Assembly (NCBI GenBank): GCA_965231905.1
Contig: CBDDOO010000001.1
Coordinates: 523,640-587,639 of the forward strand
Reading direction: 5' to 3'
Origin: Arenicellales bacterium
GTDB lineage: Bacteria; Pseudomonadota; Gammaproteobacteria; Arenicellales; Poriferihabitantaceae
DNA: 64,000 nucleotides
The position numbers and the translations under genes were made by a program. The notes beneath the pieces are model-generated. The model was not told the DNA's origin and did no database searches. It saw nothing but the letters and a program-made list of their open reading frames with translations. The stretch's first letter is position 1. The number at the start of each line of letters is the position of its first letter. Positions 1 to 9,563 of the stretch are shown piece by piece.

Positions 1-1419
1 GATTTTATTGGCGCGGACCGTGGCGTCGCGCGAACCTTCCATCTGCCATTGCTCGAAGCTGTTGTTGTCGGCGACGCTGGAACGGTAAAAGGCGGTTTTG
101 AAATTCTCCTGGGTGTGGCTGCAGCCGAGGAAATGCTGGCCCGGCCCGACTTCCCGGAGCGCGCTCATCGCCTGCCCGTTTTCTGACAGATCCGTGCCGG
201 CGGCGAATACCTGCATCATACCGAGTTGGTCGGCGTCCATGATCAGCTTTTCATAGCCTGAGGACAATCCGCCTTCCAGCCAGCCGGCCGCATGCAGAAC
301 GAAGTTTACTCCGGCCATGATTGTGGGCAGCAGGGTATTGGCGCTTTCATAAGCGGCCTGGGCATCGGTGACCTTGGAGGCGCACAGCGAGCCGCCGCTT
401 CGAAACGGCACGCCCAGCCGCCGGGCCAGCGCGGCGCAGCCATTGATGACCAGCGCCGGTTCCGGAGTACCGAAAGTGGGCGCCCCCGATTGCATCGACA
501 TTGAGCTTGAGAATGTGCCGAAGATAACCGGACAGCCGGGGCGGACCAATTGGGTAAATGCCATCCCGGTCAGAGCCTCGGCCAGGATTTGCGCCATGGT
601 GCCGGCGGCGGTGACCGGCGACATGGCGCCGGAAAGAATAAAGGGGGAGATGATACTGCCCTGATTGTTTCTCGCATACACTTCCGCGGCGCCCAGCATG
701 GTTTCATCGAAAGTCATCGGTGAGTTCGCATTGATCAGATTGATGACCACGGTATTTTGATCAACGAACTCTTCTCCGAACAGAATCCTGCACATGTCTA
801 CTGTATCCTGCGCTCTTTGCGGGTGGGTTACCGAACCCATGAAAGGCTTGTCGGAATACTTGATGTGGCTGTAGACCATGTCGAAGTGCCGCTTGTTAAC
901 CGGCAAATCGGTCGGTTCGCATACGGTACCGCCGGAATGATGCAGTGAAGGCAGCATCCAGGTCAGTTTGACCAGGTTGCGGAAGTCCTCGATCATCGCA
1001 TAGCGCCGTCCCTTATCGAGGTCGCGGATGAAGGGGGGGCCGTAAACCGGCGCGAATACGGTGGATTTTCCTCCGATCATGACGTTCCTTGCGGGATTCC
1101 TGGCTTTTTGTTCGAAAGTTCGCGGCGCTGAGTCCTGGATGATCTTTCGGCACAGGCCTTTCGGGAAACGCACCCGCTCGCCGTTGACATCCGCTCCGGC
1201 CTGTTTGAACAGTTTCAACGCGGGCGGATAATGGTACTCGATCCCGATTTCCTGCAAGATGGTATCGGCGTTTTCTTCGATCAGCGCCAGACCTTCTTCG
1301 TCCAGCAGTACATACTCCGGTATTTTCCGGGTGATGTAAGGAGTGACCGAAGGAACGGCTCCCTGTTCGCGTTCCTGTCTGGCGTGACGGCCGCCGCGTT
1401 TTCTGGATGTTCTTGGCAT
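1..1419 (-). CDS. Trimethylamine methyltransferase (MttB) family protein, pyrrolysine-free type; 3' end runs off the window
   Basis: Manual translation from ATG at 1419 (MPRTSRKRGGRHARQ...) is open to base 1. It contains family-typical segments APVYGPPF, HHSGGTVCEP, NANSPM, SGAPTFGTPE, SKVTDAQAAYES and HAAGWLEGGL. It is missing from the ORF track because there is no stop in the window. Confidence 0.85.
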   Translation of the reverse strand, partial: MPRTSRKRGGRHARQEREQGAVPSVTPYITRKIPEYVLLDEEGLALIEENADTILQEIGIEYHYPPALKLFKQAGADVNGERVRFPKGLCRKIIQDSAPRTFEQKARNPARNVMIGGKSTVFAPVYGPPFIRDLDKGRRYAMIEDFRNLVKLTWMLPSLHHSGGTVCEPTDLPVNKRHFDMVYSHIKYSDKPFMGSVTHPQRAQDTVDMCRILFGEEFVDQNTVVINLINANSPMTFDETMLGAAEVYARNNQGSIISPFILSGAMSPVTAAGTMAQILAEALTGMAFTQLVRPGCPVIFGTFSSSMSMQSGAPTFGTPEPALVINGCAALARRLGVPFRSGGSLCASKVTDAQAAYESANTLLPTIMAGVNFVLHAAGWLEGGLSSGYEKLIMDADQLGMMQVFAAGTDLSENGQAMSALREVGPGQHFLGCSHTQENFKTAFYRSSVADNNSFEQWQMEGSRDATVRANKI

Positions 1420-1457
1420 ATTCGTTATGGTTTGTTGTCCGGGTAACAGGACAGGGG

Positions 1458-1484
1458 TATTATGGTGTTATCATGTCCATAATA
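1458..1484. promoter_or_regulatory. 8-bp inverted repeat (TATTATGG-N11-CCATAATA) in the divergent mttB/msbA intergenic region; possible operator or back-to-back -10 boxes
   Basis: Perfect inverted repeat seen in the sequence; each arm contains CATAAT on its own strand. Function is inferred only. Confidence 0.3.
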
Positions 1485-1593
1485 TACCATCGACCTGTCA
1501 TAAGATGTGCAGTTGTAAGTTAAGGTATCCGTGTATGTCTGACCAGAATCCCAGCGTTGCATCTCAACCGAATTCGCCTGACTCGCCCCTGTC

Positions 1594-3351
1594 GTGACCG
1601 ACCCTTACAAAAATGTGGCCGGCGCCACGCTGTATCGTCGCCTGTTTTCCTATGTGATTCCCTACAAGGGAGTGTTTGGCATGGCGTTGTTCGGCATGCT
1701 TCTGGTGGCGGCGGGGGATACCGGGTTTGCCTGGGTTCTGCAGCCACTGATGGATCAGGGTTTTGTTGGACGCGATCCTGATTTCATCCGGTTTATTCCG
1801 CTGTTGCTGGCGGCGATCGCTTTTGCCCGGGCGATCGGGGATTTTATCGATGTCTACTGTTCCAACTGGGTATCGAGGAAGGTGATTCAGGATTTGCGGC
1901 AGAAAATGTTCGATCAGCTGATTCACGCTCCCACAGAATATTTCGACAAACATTCGAGTGGCTCTCTGGTATCGCGGTTGACCTACGATGTGGAACAGGT
2001 TGCGCGGGCCAGCACGGATGCCTTGCGGGTTTTGTTTCGGGATATTCTGAAAGCGGGATTTCTGTTGTCCCTGCTGTTCTGGCTGAGCTGGAAACTGTCG
2101 TTGATATTCATTGCCATCTTTCCGGTCACCTTTTTGATTTTCAAAGTCACCAGCGGGCGATTCAGGAAAATCAGTTTCGTCATCCAGGAGAGTGTGGGGG
2201 ATATTACCGACATCGCCAAACAGGCGTTCCAGGGGCATAAACTGGTCAAGATTTTCAATTCCCAGGATTACGAAAAGCGGATGTTTCTCTCGGCCAACAA
2301 CCGCCACCGCCAGCAGTCCATGAAAAAAGCGGGGATTCTGGCGGCCACGGTTCCGATCGTGGTTTTTCTGATGGGTATGGGGGTGGCCCTGATGATCTGG
2401 CTGGCTTTGATTCTGGAAATCACTCCGGGGGTATTCACCTCTTATCTGGTGGCCATAACCATGGTCGTGCGTCCGGTAAGAAATCTGTCCCGAATCAACG
2501 AGGTGATACAAACCGGCCTGGCGGGGGTGCAATCGGTTTTCCAGACCATTGACCTGCACCAGGAAAAGGATGAGGGCCGGACGGTCCTTGGCGATATTGA
2601 TGGCAACGTGTCATTTTCAGGTGTTTCATTCCGTTATCCCGGCGATCAGCCCCGGGTTCTTGAAAATATCGACTTTGAAATAAAAGCGGGGTCAACGGTA
2701 GCGCTGGTGGGGCCATCCGGCAGTGGAAAATCAACCATTACTTCGATGTTGATGAGATTTTACAGTCCAACCGCTGGCAGTATCAGCATTGACGGCCACC
2801 TGTTGCAGGACATCCGCCTGCAATCGCTCAGGAAAAACATGGCCATGGTCAGCCAGGAGGTGATACTGGTTGCAGATACAATCAGAAACAACATTGTGTA
2901 TGGCCGGGTTGGTGACATCGACGAAAACAGGTTGATAACGGCTGTCGAGACCGCCCATATCCGGGAATTTGCCGATGACTTCCCGGATGGGCTCGACACG
3001 TTTGTCGGTGAAGAAGGCTCCCGTTTGTCGGGTGGGCAGAGGCAACGTATCGCCATCGCGCGCGCAATCTACAAGGACGCGCCAATCCTGATCCTGGACG
3101 AAGCCACTTCTTCTCTGGATTCCCGTTCTGAGAAACATATTCAGGATGCGATCAGCCGATTGATCCGCAATCGAACGACCCTGGTTATTGCCCATCGACT
3201 CAGCACCATCGAAAATGCGGACTTGATCCTGGTGCTGGGCAAGGGCCGGATTCTGGAACGCGGAAATCATCAGGCGCTGCTGTCGAAAAAGGGGCATTAC
3301 TATCATTTGTACAATACCCAGTATCGGACTGGCGCTGAAAATGCCGGATAA
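1594..3351 (+). CDS. msbA: Lipid A export ABC transporter permease/ATPase MsbA
   Basis: N-terminal TM domain, Walker A GPSGSGKS, signature LSGGQRQR, Walker B ILILDEAT; directly upstream of lpxK. Confidence 0.95.
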   Translation: MTDPYKNVAGATLYRRLFSYVIPYKGVFGMALFGMLLVAAGDTGFAWVLQPLMDQGFVGRDPDFIRFIPLLLAAIAFARAIGDFIDVYCSNWVSRKVIQDLRQKMFDQLIHAPTEYFDKHSSGSLVSRLTYDVEQVARASTDALRVLFRDILKAGFLLSLLFWLSWKLSLIFIAIFPVTFLIFKVTSGRFRKISFVIQESVGDITDIAKQAFQGHKLVKIFNSQDYEKRMFLSANNRHRQQSMKKAGILAATVPIVVFLMGMGVALMIWLALILEITPGVFTSYLVAITMVVRPVRNLSRINEVIQTGLAGVQSVFQTIDLHQEKDEGRTVLGDIDGNVSFSGVSFRYPGDQPRVLENIDFEIKAGSTVALVGPSGSGKSTITSMLMRFYSPTAGSISIDGHLLQDIRLQSLRKNMAMVSQEVILVADTIRNNIVYGRVGDIDENRLITAVETAHIREFADDFPDGLDTFVGEEGSRLSGGQRQRIAIARAIYKDAPILILDEATSSLDSRSEKHIQDAISRLIRNRTTLVIAHRLSTIENADLILVLGKGRILERGNHQALLSKKGHYYHLYNTQYRTGAENAG

Positions 3352-4414
3352 ACTGCAGCGAGGGCGTTCTTCTTCCCCGTCATTCCCGCGAAAGCGGGAA
3401 TCCATGCTGGATAAACTGCAACAGGGATGGCGGCAGGCTGGCTGGTTGAACTACCTGCTGTTCCCCCTGTCCCTTGTCTACGGACTGTTGATGCTGGCAA
3501 GGAGGTACTGTTATCAGCTCGGGGTTTTCAAGCGGATCTCTCTTGCTGTCCCGGTAATCGTGGTCGGCGGGGTGACGGTGGGTGGGAGCGGAAAGACACC
3601 GGTGGCGCTGTCTCTGGTCCGGCATTTCCAGGACAGGGGCTTCCGTCCAGGGGTTATCTGCAAGGGTTACAGGGGGCATTCTCCGTTCTGGCCCAGAGAA
3701 GTGAATGACTCAACGACTGCGGCGTTGGTTGGCGATGAAGCCCAATTGATTTACGAGTTGACCGGGGTTCCGGTGGTGGCGGGTCCGGAACGGGCCAGAA
3801 ACGGAGTTTGTCTGATTGATAAGTTCGGTTGCAATATCCTGTTCAGCGATGACGGATTCCAGCACCACGCCCTGGGACGTGATCTGGATATTGTGGCGCT
3901 GGACGGGCAGGTCGGGTATGGTAATGGCTGGTGCCTGCCGGCTGGTCCGCTGCGGGAGTTTCGCAGTCAGATCAAACGGGCCGACATCGTGCTGGTGAAC
4001 GGCGCCGACGAAGAGTTCCGGGTTGCCGGGCTGCAGGCTTACCGGATGTCGATGAGATTATCAGAAGCGTATAATCTGTCGAGTGGTATCCGTAAGCCGT
4101 TGTCTGAATTTACGGACAGGCCTGTGCACGGGGTCGCGGGGGTGGGTAACCCGATCCGGTTTTTCCGGCAACTGGAGCGCCTCGGGCTGGATGTGATCCG
4201 CCATCCTTTCCCGGACCATCATCCATTTACAGAATCCGATCTGGATTTCGGGGGTGACGGATGGGTACTCATGACCGAAAAAGATGCGATAAAATGCCGG
4301 GATATGACGATTAAAAGTAAACTTTGGGCAATTCCCGCGGTCCCTGAAATTGATTCGCGTGTGTTCGACCGGATTGATCAGTTGATTCCCCCCGTAACCG
4401 GTCTTTCAGGGTAA
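3341..4414 (+). CDS. lpxK: Tetraacyldisaccharide 4'-kinase (alternative start ATG 3404)
   Basis: VGGVTVGGSGKTP P-loop, DDGFQH, LPAGPLRE, FPDHH and MTEKDAIKC motifs; msbA-lpxK-kdsB order. Confidence 0.93.
   Translation: MPDKLQRGRSSSPSFPRKRESMLDKLQQGWRQAGWLNYLLFPLSLVYGLLMLARRYCYQLGVFKRISLAVPVIVVGGVTVGGSGKTPVALSLVRHFQDRGFRPGVICKGYRGHSPFWPREVNDSTTAALVGDEAQLIYELTGVPVVAGPERARNGVCLIDKFGCNILFSDDGFQHHALGRDLDIVALDGQVGYGNGWCLPAGPLREFRSQIKRADIVLVNGADEEFRVAGLQAYRMSMRLSEAYNLSSGIRKPLSEFTDRPVHGVAGVGNPIRFFRQLERLGLDVIRHPFPDHHPFTESDLDFGGDGWVLMTEKDAIKCRDMTIKSKLWAIPAVPEIDSRVFDRIDQLIPPVTGLSG
3378..3404. repeat. Palindromic element CGTCATTCCCGCGAAAGCGGGAATCCA (ATTCCC-N8-GGGAAT, dRS3/REP-like) between two copies of the lpxK start
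   Basis: Perfect 8-bp stem ATTCCCGC/GCGGGAAT (3382-3401) with a GAAA loop, flanked by 19/23-identical direct repeats at 3341 and 3404. Confidence 0.75.
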
Positions 4415-4418
4415 GCCG

Positions 4419-5180
4419 TTGCCGGTTCCTTTTCACATCATCATTCCCGCGCGTTTCCACTCCAGCCGCCTGCCGGGAAAGCCGCTGCTTGAAATTGCAG
4501 GCAAACCCATGATTCAGCGCGTTGTCGAAAGATGTCGGGAAAGCGGGGCCAGCCGTATCGTAGTGGCGACGGATGACCAGCGTATCGTTGACGTGGTTGA
4601 GGGTTTCGGCGGTCAGGCGGCGCTCACCTCCCGCGATCATCCGTCCGGTAGCGACCGCATTGCGGAGGCTTCACAAAAGCTCGGCCTTGCCGCGGACGAC
4701 GTTATCGTTAATGTCCAGGGAGACGAGATCGACATGCCGGCGGCCCTGATCAACCAGGTTGCCAGCGCCCTGGATGCGGGGAGTGATGCGGTCATGGCCA
4801 CGGCCAGCGCCCCCCTGGCTTATCCCGAAGAGGTGTCCGACCCTTCCGTAGTCAAGGTGGTCAGCGATCAATCAGGTTATGCAATCTACTTCAGCCGGGC
4901 GACCATTCCCTGGGTGCGCGATGAATTGACTTCCGGGCTGGCCGGTCACGCACAGGATTATATCCGCCGCCATCTCGGGATTTATGCGTATTCGGCGGGA
5001 TACATCCGGACGTTCGCGGCCAGAGGGCATTGTCAGCTTGAGGATCTGGAGAAGCTGGAGCAATTGCGCGCACTCTGGCATGGGGAGAAAATCCGTTGCG
5101 TTGAGGCGTTGCAGAGCCCCGGTCCGGGAATTGACACCGAACAGGATTTACAAAGGGCCAGGGAGGCATTCGGGACATGA
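4419..5180 (+). CDS. kdsB: 3-deoxy-manno-octulosonate cytidylyltransferase
   Basis: IIPARFHSSRLPGKPL, SGSDR, VNVQGDE, HLGIYAY and LEQLRAL motifs. Confidence 0.95.
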   Translation: MPVPFHIIIPARFHSSRLPGKPLLEIAGKPMIQRVVERCRESGASRIVVATDDQRIVDVVEGFGGQAALTSRDHPSGSDRIAEASQKLGLAADDVIVNVQGDEIDMPAALINQVASALDAGSDAVMATASAPLAYPEEVSDPSVVKVVSDQSGYAIYFSRATIPWVRDELTSGLAGHAQDYIRRHLGIYAYSAGYIRTFAARGHCQLEDLEKLEQLRALWHGEKIRCVEALQSPGPGIDTEQDLQRAREAFGT

Positions 5181-5229
5181 GGCAATATTGCCTTTGCAGG
5201 GCATCCCGTTCATTTCCAGGTACAGCGGT

Positions 5230-6336
5230 ATGAAGGCCATGATTCTGGCGGCAGGGGAAGGAACCCGACTGCGGCCACTCACTTATGAAATGCCCAAACC
5301 GATGATTCCGGTACTGGGGAAGCCCGTCATGGAGTATCTGGTCGAGTGGCTTGCGAGCCATAAACTCCTTGATGTGATGATCAACGTCAGCCACCAATCG
5401 GAAGTCATTGAAACTTATTTTACGGATGGACGGCGCTGGGGAGTCAATATCGGATATTCTTTCGAAGGATACATTGAGGAAGGTGAGCTGTTCCGGGAAC
5501 CGCTGGGGTCAGCGGGAGGGGTTCGGCGAATACAGGATTTTGGTGGATATTTCGATGATACCTTTGTGGTGATCTGTGGAGACCTGATTATCGACCTGGA
5601 CCTGACTGAAGCCATTCGGAAACACTGGCAATCCGGAGCGTCAGCCAGCATCCTGGTCAAACCGGTAGAAAGAGAAAGGTTGTCGAATTATGGCGTTGTC
5701 GTTGCCAATGACCAGGGGCGGGTTACTTCTTTTCAGGAAAAACCCGCGATCGAAGAGGCCAGGTCCACCTTGGTCAATACCGGGATTTATATTTTTGAGC
5801 CAGAGATCATCGACTTGATTCCGGCCGATACATTTTATGATATTGGCAGAGACCTGTTGCCGGATCTGATTTCTATGCGCGTGCCGTTCGGCGCCATTGA
5901 CATGCCGTTTCGCTGGTTGGACATAGGGCGGTTGAGTGATTACTGGCGAGTGAATCAACAGATGATGCGTGGTTCGGTGCGGGGGGTCGATATGCCCGGG
6001 ACGGAGGTGATGCCGCAAGTCTGGACGGGCTTGAATGTGAACGTTGACTGGGATGACGTTTTTATCGAAGGTCCGGTTTACATTGGCTCAAATTCCAGAA
6101 TTGAAGCTGGCTGCGAAATCCAGGGCCCGACCTGGATATCTCACGGATGTTATCTGCAAGGCGGGGCCAAAATCCATAAAAGCATGTTGTTTCAGCACAC
6201 TTTGATACGCCGCCATGCCGTGGTCCATGAGGCCGTGGTATTCGGTCGATACTGCGTGGACAAGGAAGGACGGCCAGTAAAAAGAGACGGCATGGACCTG
6301 GATTGGGTGGGAGACGCCCGGAACAGGAACCGATAG
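5230..6336 (+). CDS. NDP-sugar pyrophosphorylase with C-terminal left-handed beta-helix; resembles cyanobacterial-type CugP UDP-glucose pyrophosphorylase
   Basis: MKAMILAAGEGTRLRP, KPMIP, GYSFEG, LGSAGG, FQEKP, NTGIYIFEP and terminal FGRYCVDK..DW..DAR. True start taken as ATG 5230; the track ORF is over-extended. Confidence 0.75.
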   Translation: MKAMILAAGEGTRLRPLTYEMPKPMIPVLGKPVMEYLVEWLASHKLLDVMINVSHQSEVIETYFTDGRRWGVNIGYSFEGYIEEGELFREPLGSAGGVRRIQDFGGYFDDTFVVICGDLIIDLDLTEAIRKHWQSGASASILVKPVERERLSNYGVVVANDQGRVTSFQEKPAIEEARSTLVNTGIYIFEPEIIDLIPADTFYDIGRDLLPDLISMRVPFGAIDMPFRWLDIGRLSDYWRVNQQMMRGSVRGVDMPGTEVMPQVWTGLNVNVDWDDVFIEGPVYIGSNSRIEAGCEIQGPTWISHGCYLQGGAKIHKSMLFQHTLIRRHAVVHEAVVFGRYCVDKEGRPVKRDGMDLDWVGDARNRNR

Positions 6337-6424
6337 ATCAGGCTGATAGATCAGGCTGTGAAATGCAATTCGATTTGCTATACAATCCCGGCTTTGAAAA
6401 TCCGCCCCATAATTACCTGATCCA

Positions 6425-6781
6425 ATGCCATTTTACGAATATCAGTGCCGTCATTGTGACCACCGACTCGAAGTACTTCAGAAAATATCGGATGCGCCTC
6501 TGGTGTATTGTCCACAGTGCAATGAAGCCGCTCTCAGAAAGCTGGTTTCGGCGGCGGCATTTCGATTGAAGGGTACGGGCTGGTACGAAACGGATTTCAA
6601 GGGCGATGGTAAAAGGCAAGAAAAATCCCCGGACGACAAGCCGCCGGATTCAGGCAAGGATACGTCGGCCGATAAAGCCGGTGACAAGGGAGACGCCCTC
6701 CCGAACAAGGCAGGCGGTAAAAAATCCGACAGCATGGATTCTACCGGCGGCAAGAGTTCCAGCGCTCGGGCGGCGGCATAG
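6425..6781 (+). CDS. FmdB-family zinc-ribbon protein
   Basis: MPFYEYQCRHC...CPQC...FRLKGTGWYETDF followed by a low-complexity tail; typical position upstream of aspS. Confidence 0.88.
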   Translation: MPFYEYQCRHCDHRLEVLQKISDAPLVYCPQCNEAALRKLVSAAAFRLKGTGWYETDFKGDGKRQEKSPDDKPPDSGKDTSADKAGDKGDALPNKAGGKKSDSMDSTGGKSSSARAAA

Positions 6782-6829
6782 TTTCCGCCGTCCCGGAAAT
6801 CTCCCTGTATGCTATAGGCCAGTTGCGAC

Positions 6830-8605
6830 ATGCGAACCTGTCTGTGTGGACAATTGAATCGGTCCGATATTGACGAGACGGTCTCAATCGCCGGCTGGGT
6901 GCTGAATCGTCGGGATCATGGAGGGGTCATTTTTATTGATCTGAGGGACCGTTCCGGCCATGTCCAGGTCGTGGCGGATCCGGATCATCCGGCGCCTTTT
7001 GAAATTGCGGACAAGTCCCGGAACGAATTTGTATTGTCGGTTACCGGCCAGGTTCGCGCTCGGCCAGAGGGCACCGTGAATCCGGCTCTGGCCACCGGAG
7101 AGATTGAAATTGTGGCCGACCGGATTGACTTGCTCAATCGTTGCGAGCCCCTGCCATTTCAGCTCGATGAAGACGATATTGGTGAAGCGACACGACTGAA
7201 GTACCGATTTATCGACCTGCGGCGTCCGGTTATGCAGCATGCCTTGCGGAACCGTCACCGGATTATTTCCACCCTGCGGCAATTCCTGGAGCGGCATGAA
7301 TTTGTGGAAATTGAAACTCCGATCCTGACCCGGCCTACCCCGGAAGGAGCGCGGGATTATCTGGTGCCGAGTCGGACCCATCCGGGAGAATTCTTCTCCC
7401 TGCCCCAGTCGCCACAGCTTTTCAAGCAACTGCTGATGGTCTCCGGGTTCGAACGGTATTTCCAGATTGCGCGTTGCTTCCGGGATGAAGACCTGCGAGC
7501 GGATCGACAGCCTGAATTCACCCAGCTGGATGTCGAGGTCTCGTTCATGGATGAGAACGGGATTATGCAGTTGATGGAGCAACTGATCAGACACTGTTTC
7601 AGGGCCGTACTGGATGTTGAATTGCCGGATCCCCTGCCCAGGTTGAGCTATCATGAGGCGGTGTCGCGTTATGGAATGGATCGGCCGGACTTGCGGATTG
7701 ACCTGGAATTGACCGATCTGACCGACTTGATGAAGGGAGTCGAGTTCAAGGTATTTTCCGGCCCGGCGAATGACCCCGAAGGTCGTATTGCGGCATTGTG
7801 TGTACCGGGTGGAAGCGCCTTGTCGCGGGCGCAGATTGACCAGTACACTGAATTTGTCGGGCAGTACGGCGCCAGAGGGCTGGCCTGGATCAAGGTAAAT
7901 GACGCCGCAGGTGGCCGCGCTGGACTGCAATCACCAGTCCTGAAATTTCTTTCGGATGAAGCGGTGGGCGGGATTATCGGTCGTACCCGCGCTGAGACCG
8001 GCGACCTGATTTTCTTCGGAGCGGACAAGGCATCAATCGTCAATGCCGCCCTCGGTTCACTCCGGGTCAGGCTGGGACATGATCTGGGCCGGGTCGAGGC
8101 TGGCTGGAAGCCGGTCTGGATCGTTGACTTTCCCTTGGTGGAATGGAATCAGGATGAGAAACGGTGGCAGGCGCTGCACCATCCGTTCACCGCGCCAAAA
8201 GATGCCGACCTGTCCGGTCGGGAGCCCGGCGAGTTGCTGTCACGCGCCTATGACATGGTGCTGAATGGCGTCGAAATCGGCGGAGGTTCGATCCGTATCC
8301 ATCGCTCTGGCCTGCAACGGGAGATTCTGAATCTGCTGGGCATTGATGACCGGGAAGCCGGGGAGAAATTCGGTTTCCTGCTGGATGCGCTCAAATATGG
8401 AGCGCCACCGCATGGCGGCATTGCCTTCGGTATTGATCGGATCGTGGCGATGATGACCGGGGTTGAGTCGATTCGCGAGGTCATCGCCTTCCCGAAAACC
8501 CAGAAAGCGTCCTGCCTGTTGACGGAAGCGCCCAACCAGGTGGACGCCGGTCAGCTTGGAGAGCTCGGTCTGAAGGTGAAAAAACCTGGACAGGGCATTC
8601 GCTGA
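6830..8605 (+). CDS. aspS: Aspartate--tRNA ligase
   Basis: [55 protein letters not shown] and [12 protein letters not shown]. Confidence 0.97.
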   Translation: MRTCLCGQLNRSDIDETVSIAGWVLNRRDHGGVIFIDLRDRSGHVQVVADPDHPAPFEIADKSRNEFVLSVTGQVRARPEGTVNPALATGEIEIVADRIDLLNRCEPLPFQLDEDDIGEATRLKYRFIDLRRPVMQHALRNRHRIISTLRQFLERHEFVEIETPILTRPTPEGARDYLVPSRTHPGEFFSLPQSPQLFKQLLMVSGFERYFQIARCFRDEDLRADRQPEFTQLDVEVSFMDENGIMQLMEQLIRHCFRAVLDVELPDPLPRLSYHEAVSRYGMDRPDLRIDLELTDLTDLMKGVEFKVFSGPANDPEGRIAALCVPGGSALSRAQIDQYTEFVGQYGARGLAWIKVNDAAGGRAGLQSPVLKFLSDEAVGGIIGRTRAETGDLIFFGADKASIVNAALGSLRVRLGHDLGRVEAGWKPVWIVDFPLVEWNQDEKRWQALHHPFTAPKDADLSGREPGELLSRAYDMVLNGVEIGGGSIRIHRSGLQREILNLLGIDDREAGEKFGFLLDALKYGAPPHGGIAFGIDRIVAMMTGVESIREVIAFPKTQKASCLLTEAPNQVDAGQLGELGLKVKKPGQGIR

Positions 8606-8608
8606 ATT

Positions 8609-8724
8609 GCGGGCAGGCACAGTGACCTGCCCCTACATCCCATCGGGAAGATACCATCTCCACAATTCCTGGATATCCAGTATGAAGGCACAGTGGCCTG
8701 CCCCTGCATCCCATCGGGAAGATA
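8609..8724 (-). repeat. GTAG-type REP palindrome (8609-8636) inside a two-copy ~39-bp direct repeat (8615-8653 and 8686-8724)
   Basis: Minus strand reads GTAGGGGCAGGTCACTGTGCCTGCCCGC. The second copy lies 71 bp downstream with 2 mismatches and a truncated arm. Confidence 0.75.
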
Positions 8725-8828
8725 ATCTCCCGGTCTTTATGCTACTATCAATCCCATGTTTGAAACCGGTTACAGGTTCAGGTTTTGCCTTGTCGGGCGG
8801 CAAGGTTTGATGTCGGGAAGGGTCGTCC

Positions 8829-9563
8829 ATGGCAGGGCATAGCAAGTGGGCCAATATCAAGTTCCGGAAAGCGGCCCAGGATGTCAGACGCGGCAAGGTA
8901 TTCACTAAACTGATCAAGGAGATCACGGTTTCGGCGCGGCTGGGCGGCGATGACCCGGACGCCAATCCGAGATTACGGGTAGCCATTGACAAGGCATTGG
9001 CCGGCAACATGACCCGGGATACGATCAATCGCGCGGTAAAACGCGGGTCTGGCGCATTGGAAGGGGATGATATCGTCGAGATTCGTTATGAGGGTTATGG
9101 CCCCGGCGGGGTGGCGGTTCTGGTGGAGTGCGCTACCGATAATAAAAACAGGACAGTCAGTGAAGTGCGTCACGCCTTTACCAAACATGGCGGGAATCTG
9201 GGGACGGACGGGTCGGTGGCCTGGCTTTTCAATAAAATCGGCTCCATCGTTTTTGCAAACGGGGAGGATGAAGAGGCGGTTCTGGTTGCCGCCCTGGAAG
9301 CGGGAGCGGAAGATGTCGAGAGTGAAGACGGAATCATTGAAGTGACGACGCCGCCTGAGAATTTTCACGAAGTGCGGCAGGCCTGCCAGGCGGCGGGACT
9401 GCGGGCGGAAATGGCTGAACTGATCCAGCGCCCGTCGGTGGAAATCCCGGTACAGAAAGAGGATATCGAGCAGGTGATGAAATTGATCCAGGCCCTGGAA
9501 GATCTGGACGATGTCCAGGATGTCTTTACCAACGCCAGTTTCGACGACCAGGGGGTGGTGTGA
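8829..9563 (+). CDS. yebC: YebC/PmpR family protein
   Basis: [25 protein letters not shown] and [10 protein letters not shown]. Confidence 0.95.
   Translation: MAGHSKWANIKFRKAAQDVRRGKVFTKLIKEITVSARLGGDDPDANPRLRVAIDKALAGNMTRDTINRAVKRGSGALEGDDIVEIRYEGYGPGGVAVLVECATDNKNRTVSEVRHAFTKHGGNLGTDGSVAWLFNKIGSIVFANGEDEEAVLVAALEAGAEDVESEDGIIEVTTPPENFHEVRQACQAAGLRAEMAELIQRPSVEIPVQKEDIEQVMKLIQALEDLDDVQDVFTNASFDDQGVV

Noticed and set aside
1-1419. Pyrrolysine recoding in the MttB homologue
   Set aside because: No in-frame TAG in the visible part, Leu at the inferred site, and no pyl genes in the window.
1564-2559. 331-aa antisense ORF over msbA, and similar ones at 6884-7930, 18501-19238 and 43766-44503
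   Set aside because: Fully overlap well-supported genes on the other strand and carry no recognisable motifs; expected in GC-rich coding DNA.
4441-4451. TCATTCCCGCG in kdsB matching the left arm of the lpxK palindrome
   Set aside because: It encodes the conserved IIPAR motif of KdsB and lacks the right arm.
4984-5229. Track ORF extension giving a 450-aa nucleotidyltransferase
   Set aside because: Overlaps kdsB; the family begins at MKAMILAAG (5230). Similar over-extensions were trimmed for ruvA, tolB, pyrG, kdsA, ftsB, mod and nurA.
8615-8724. Two ~39-bp repeats with a 32-bp gap, resembling a mini CRISPR array
   Set aside because: Only two copies, the unit is a GTAG-REP derivative also found elsewhere in the window, and no cas genes are present.
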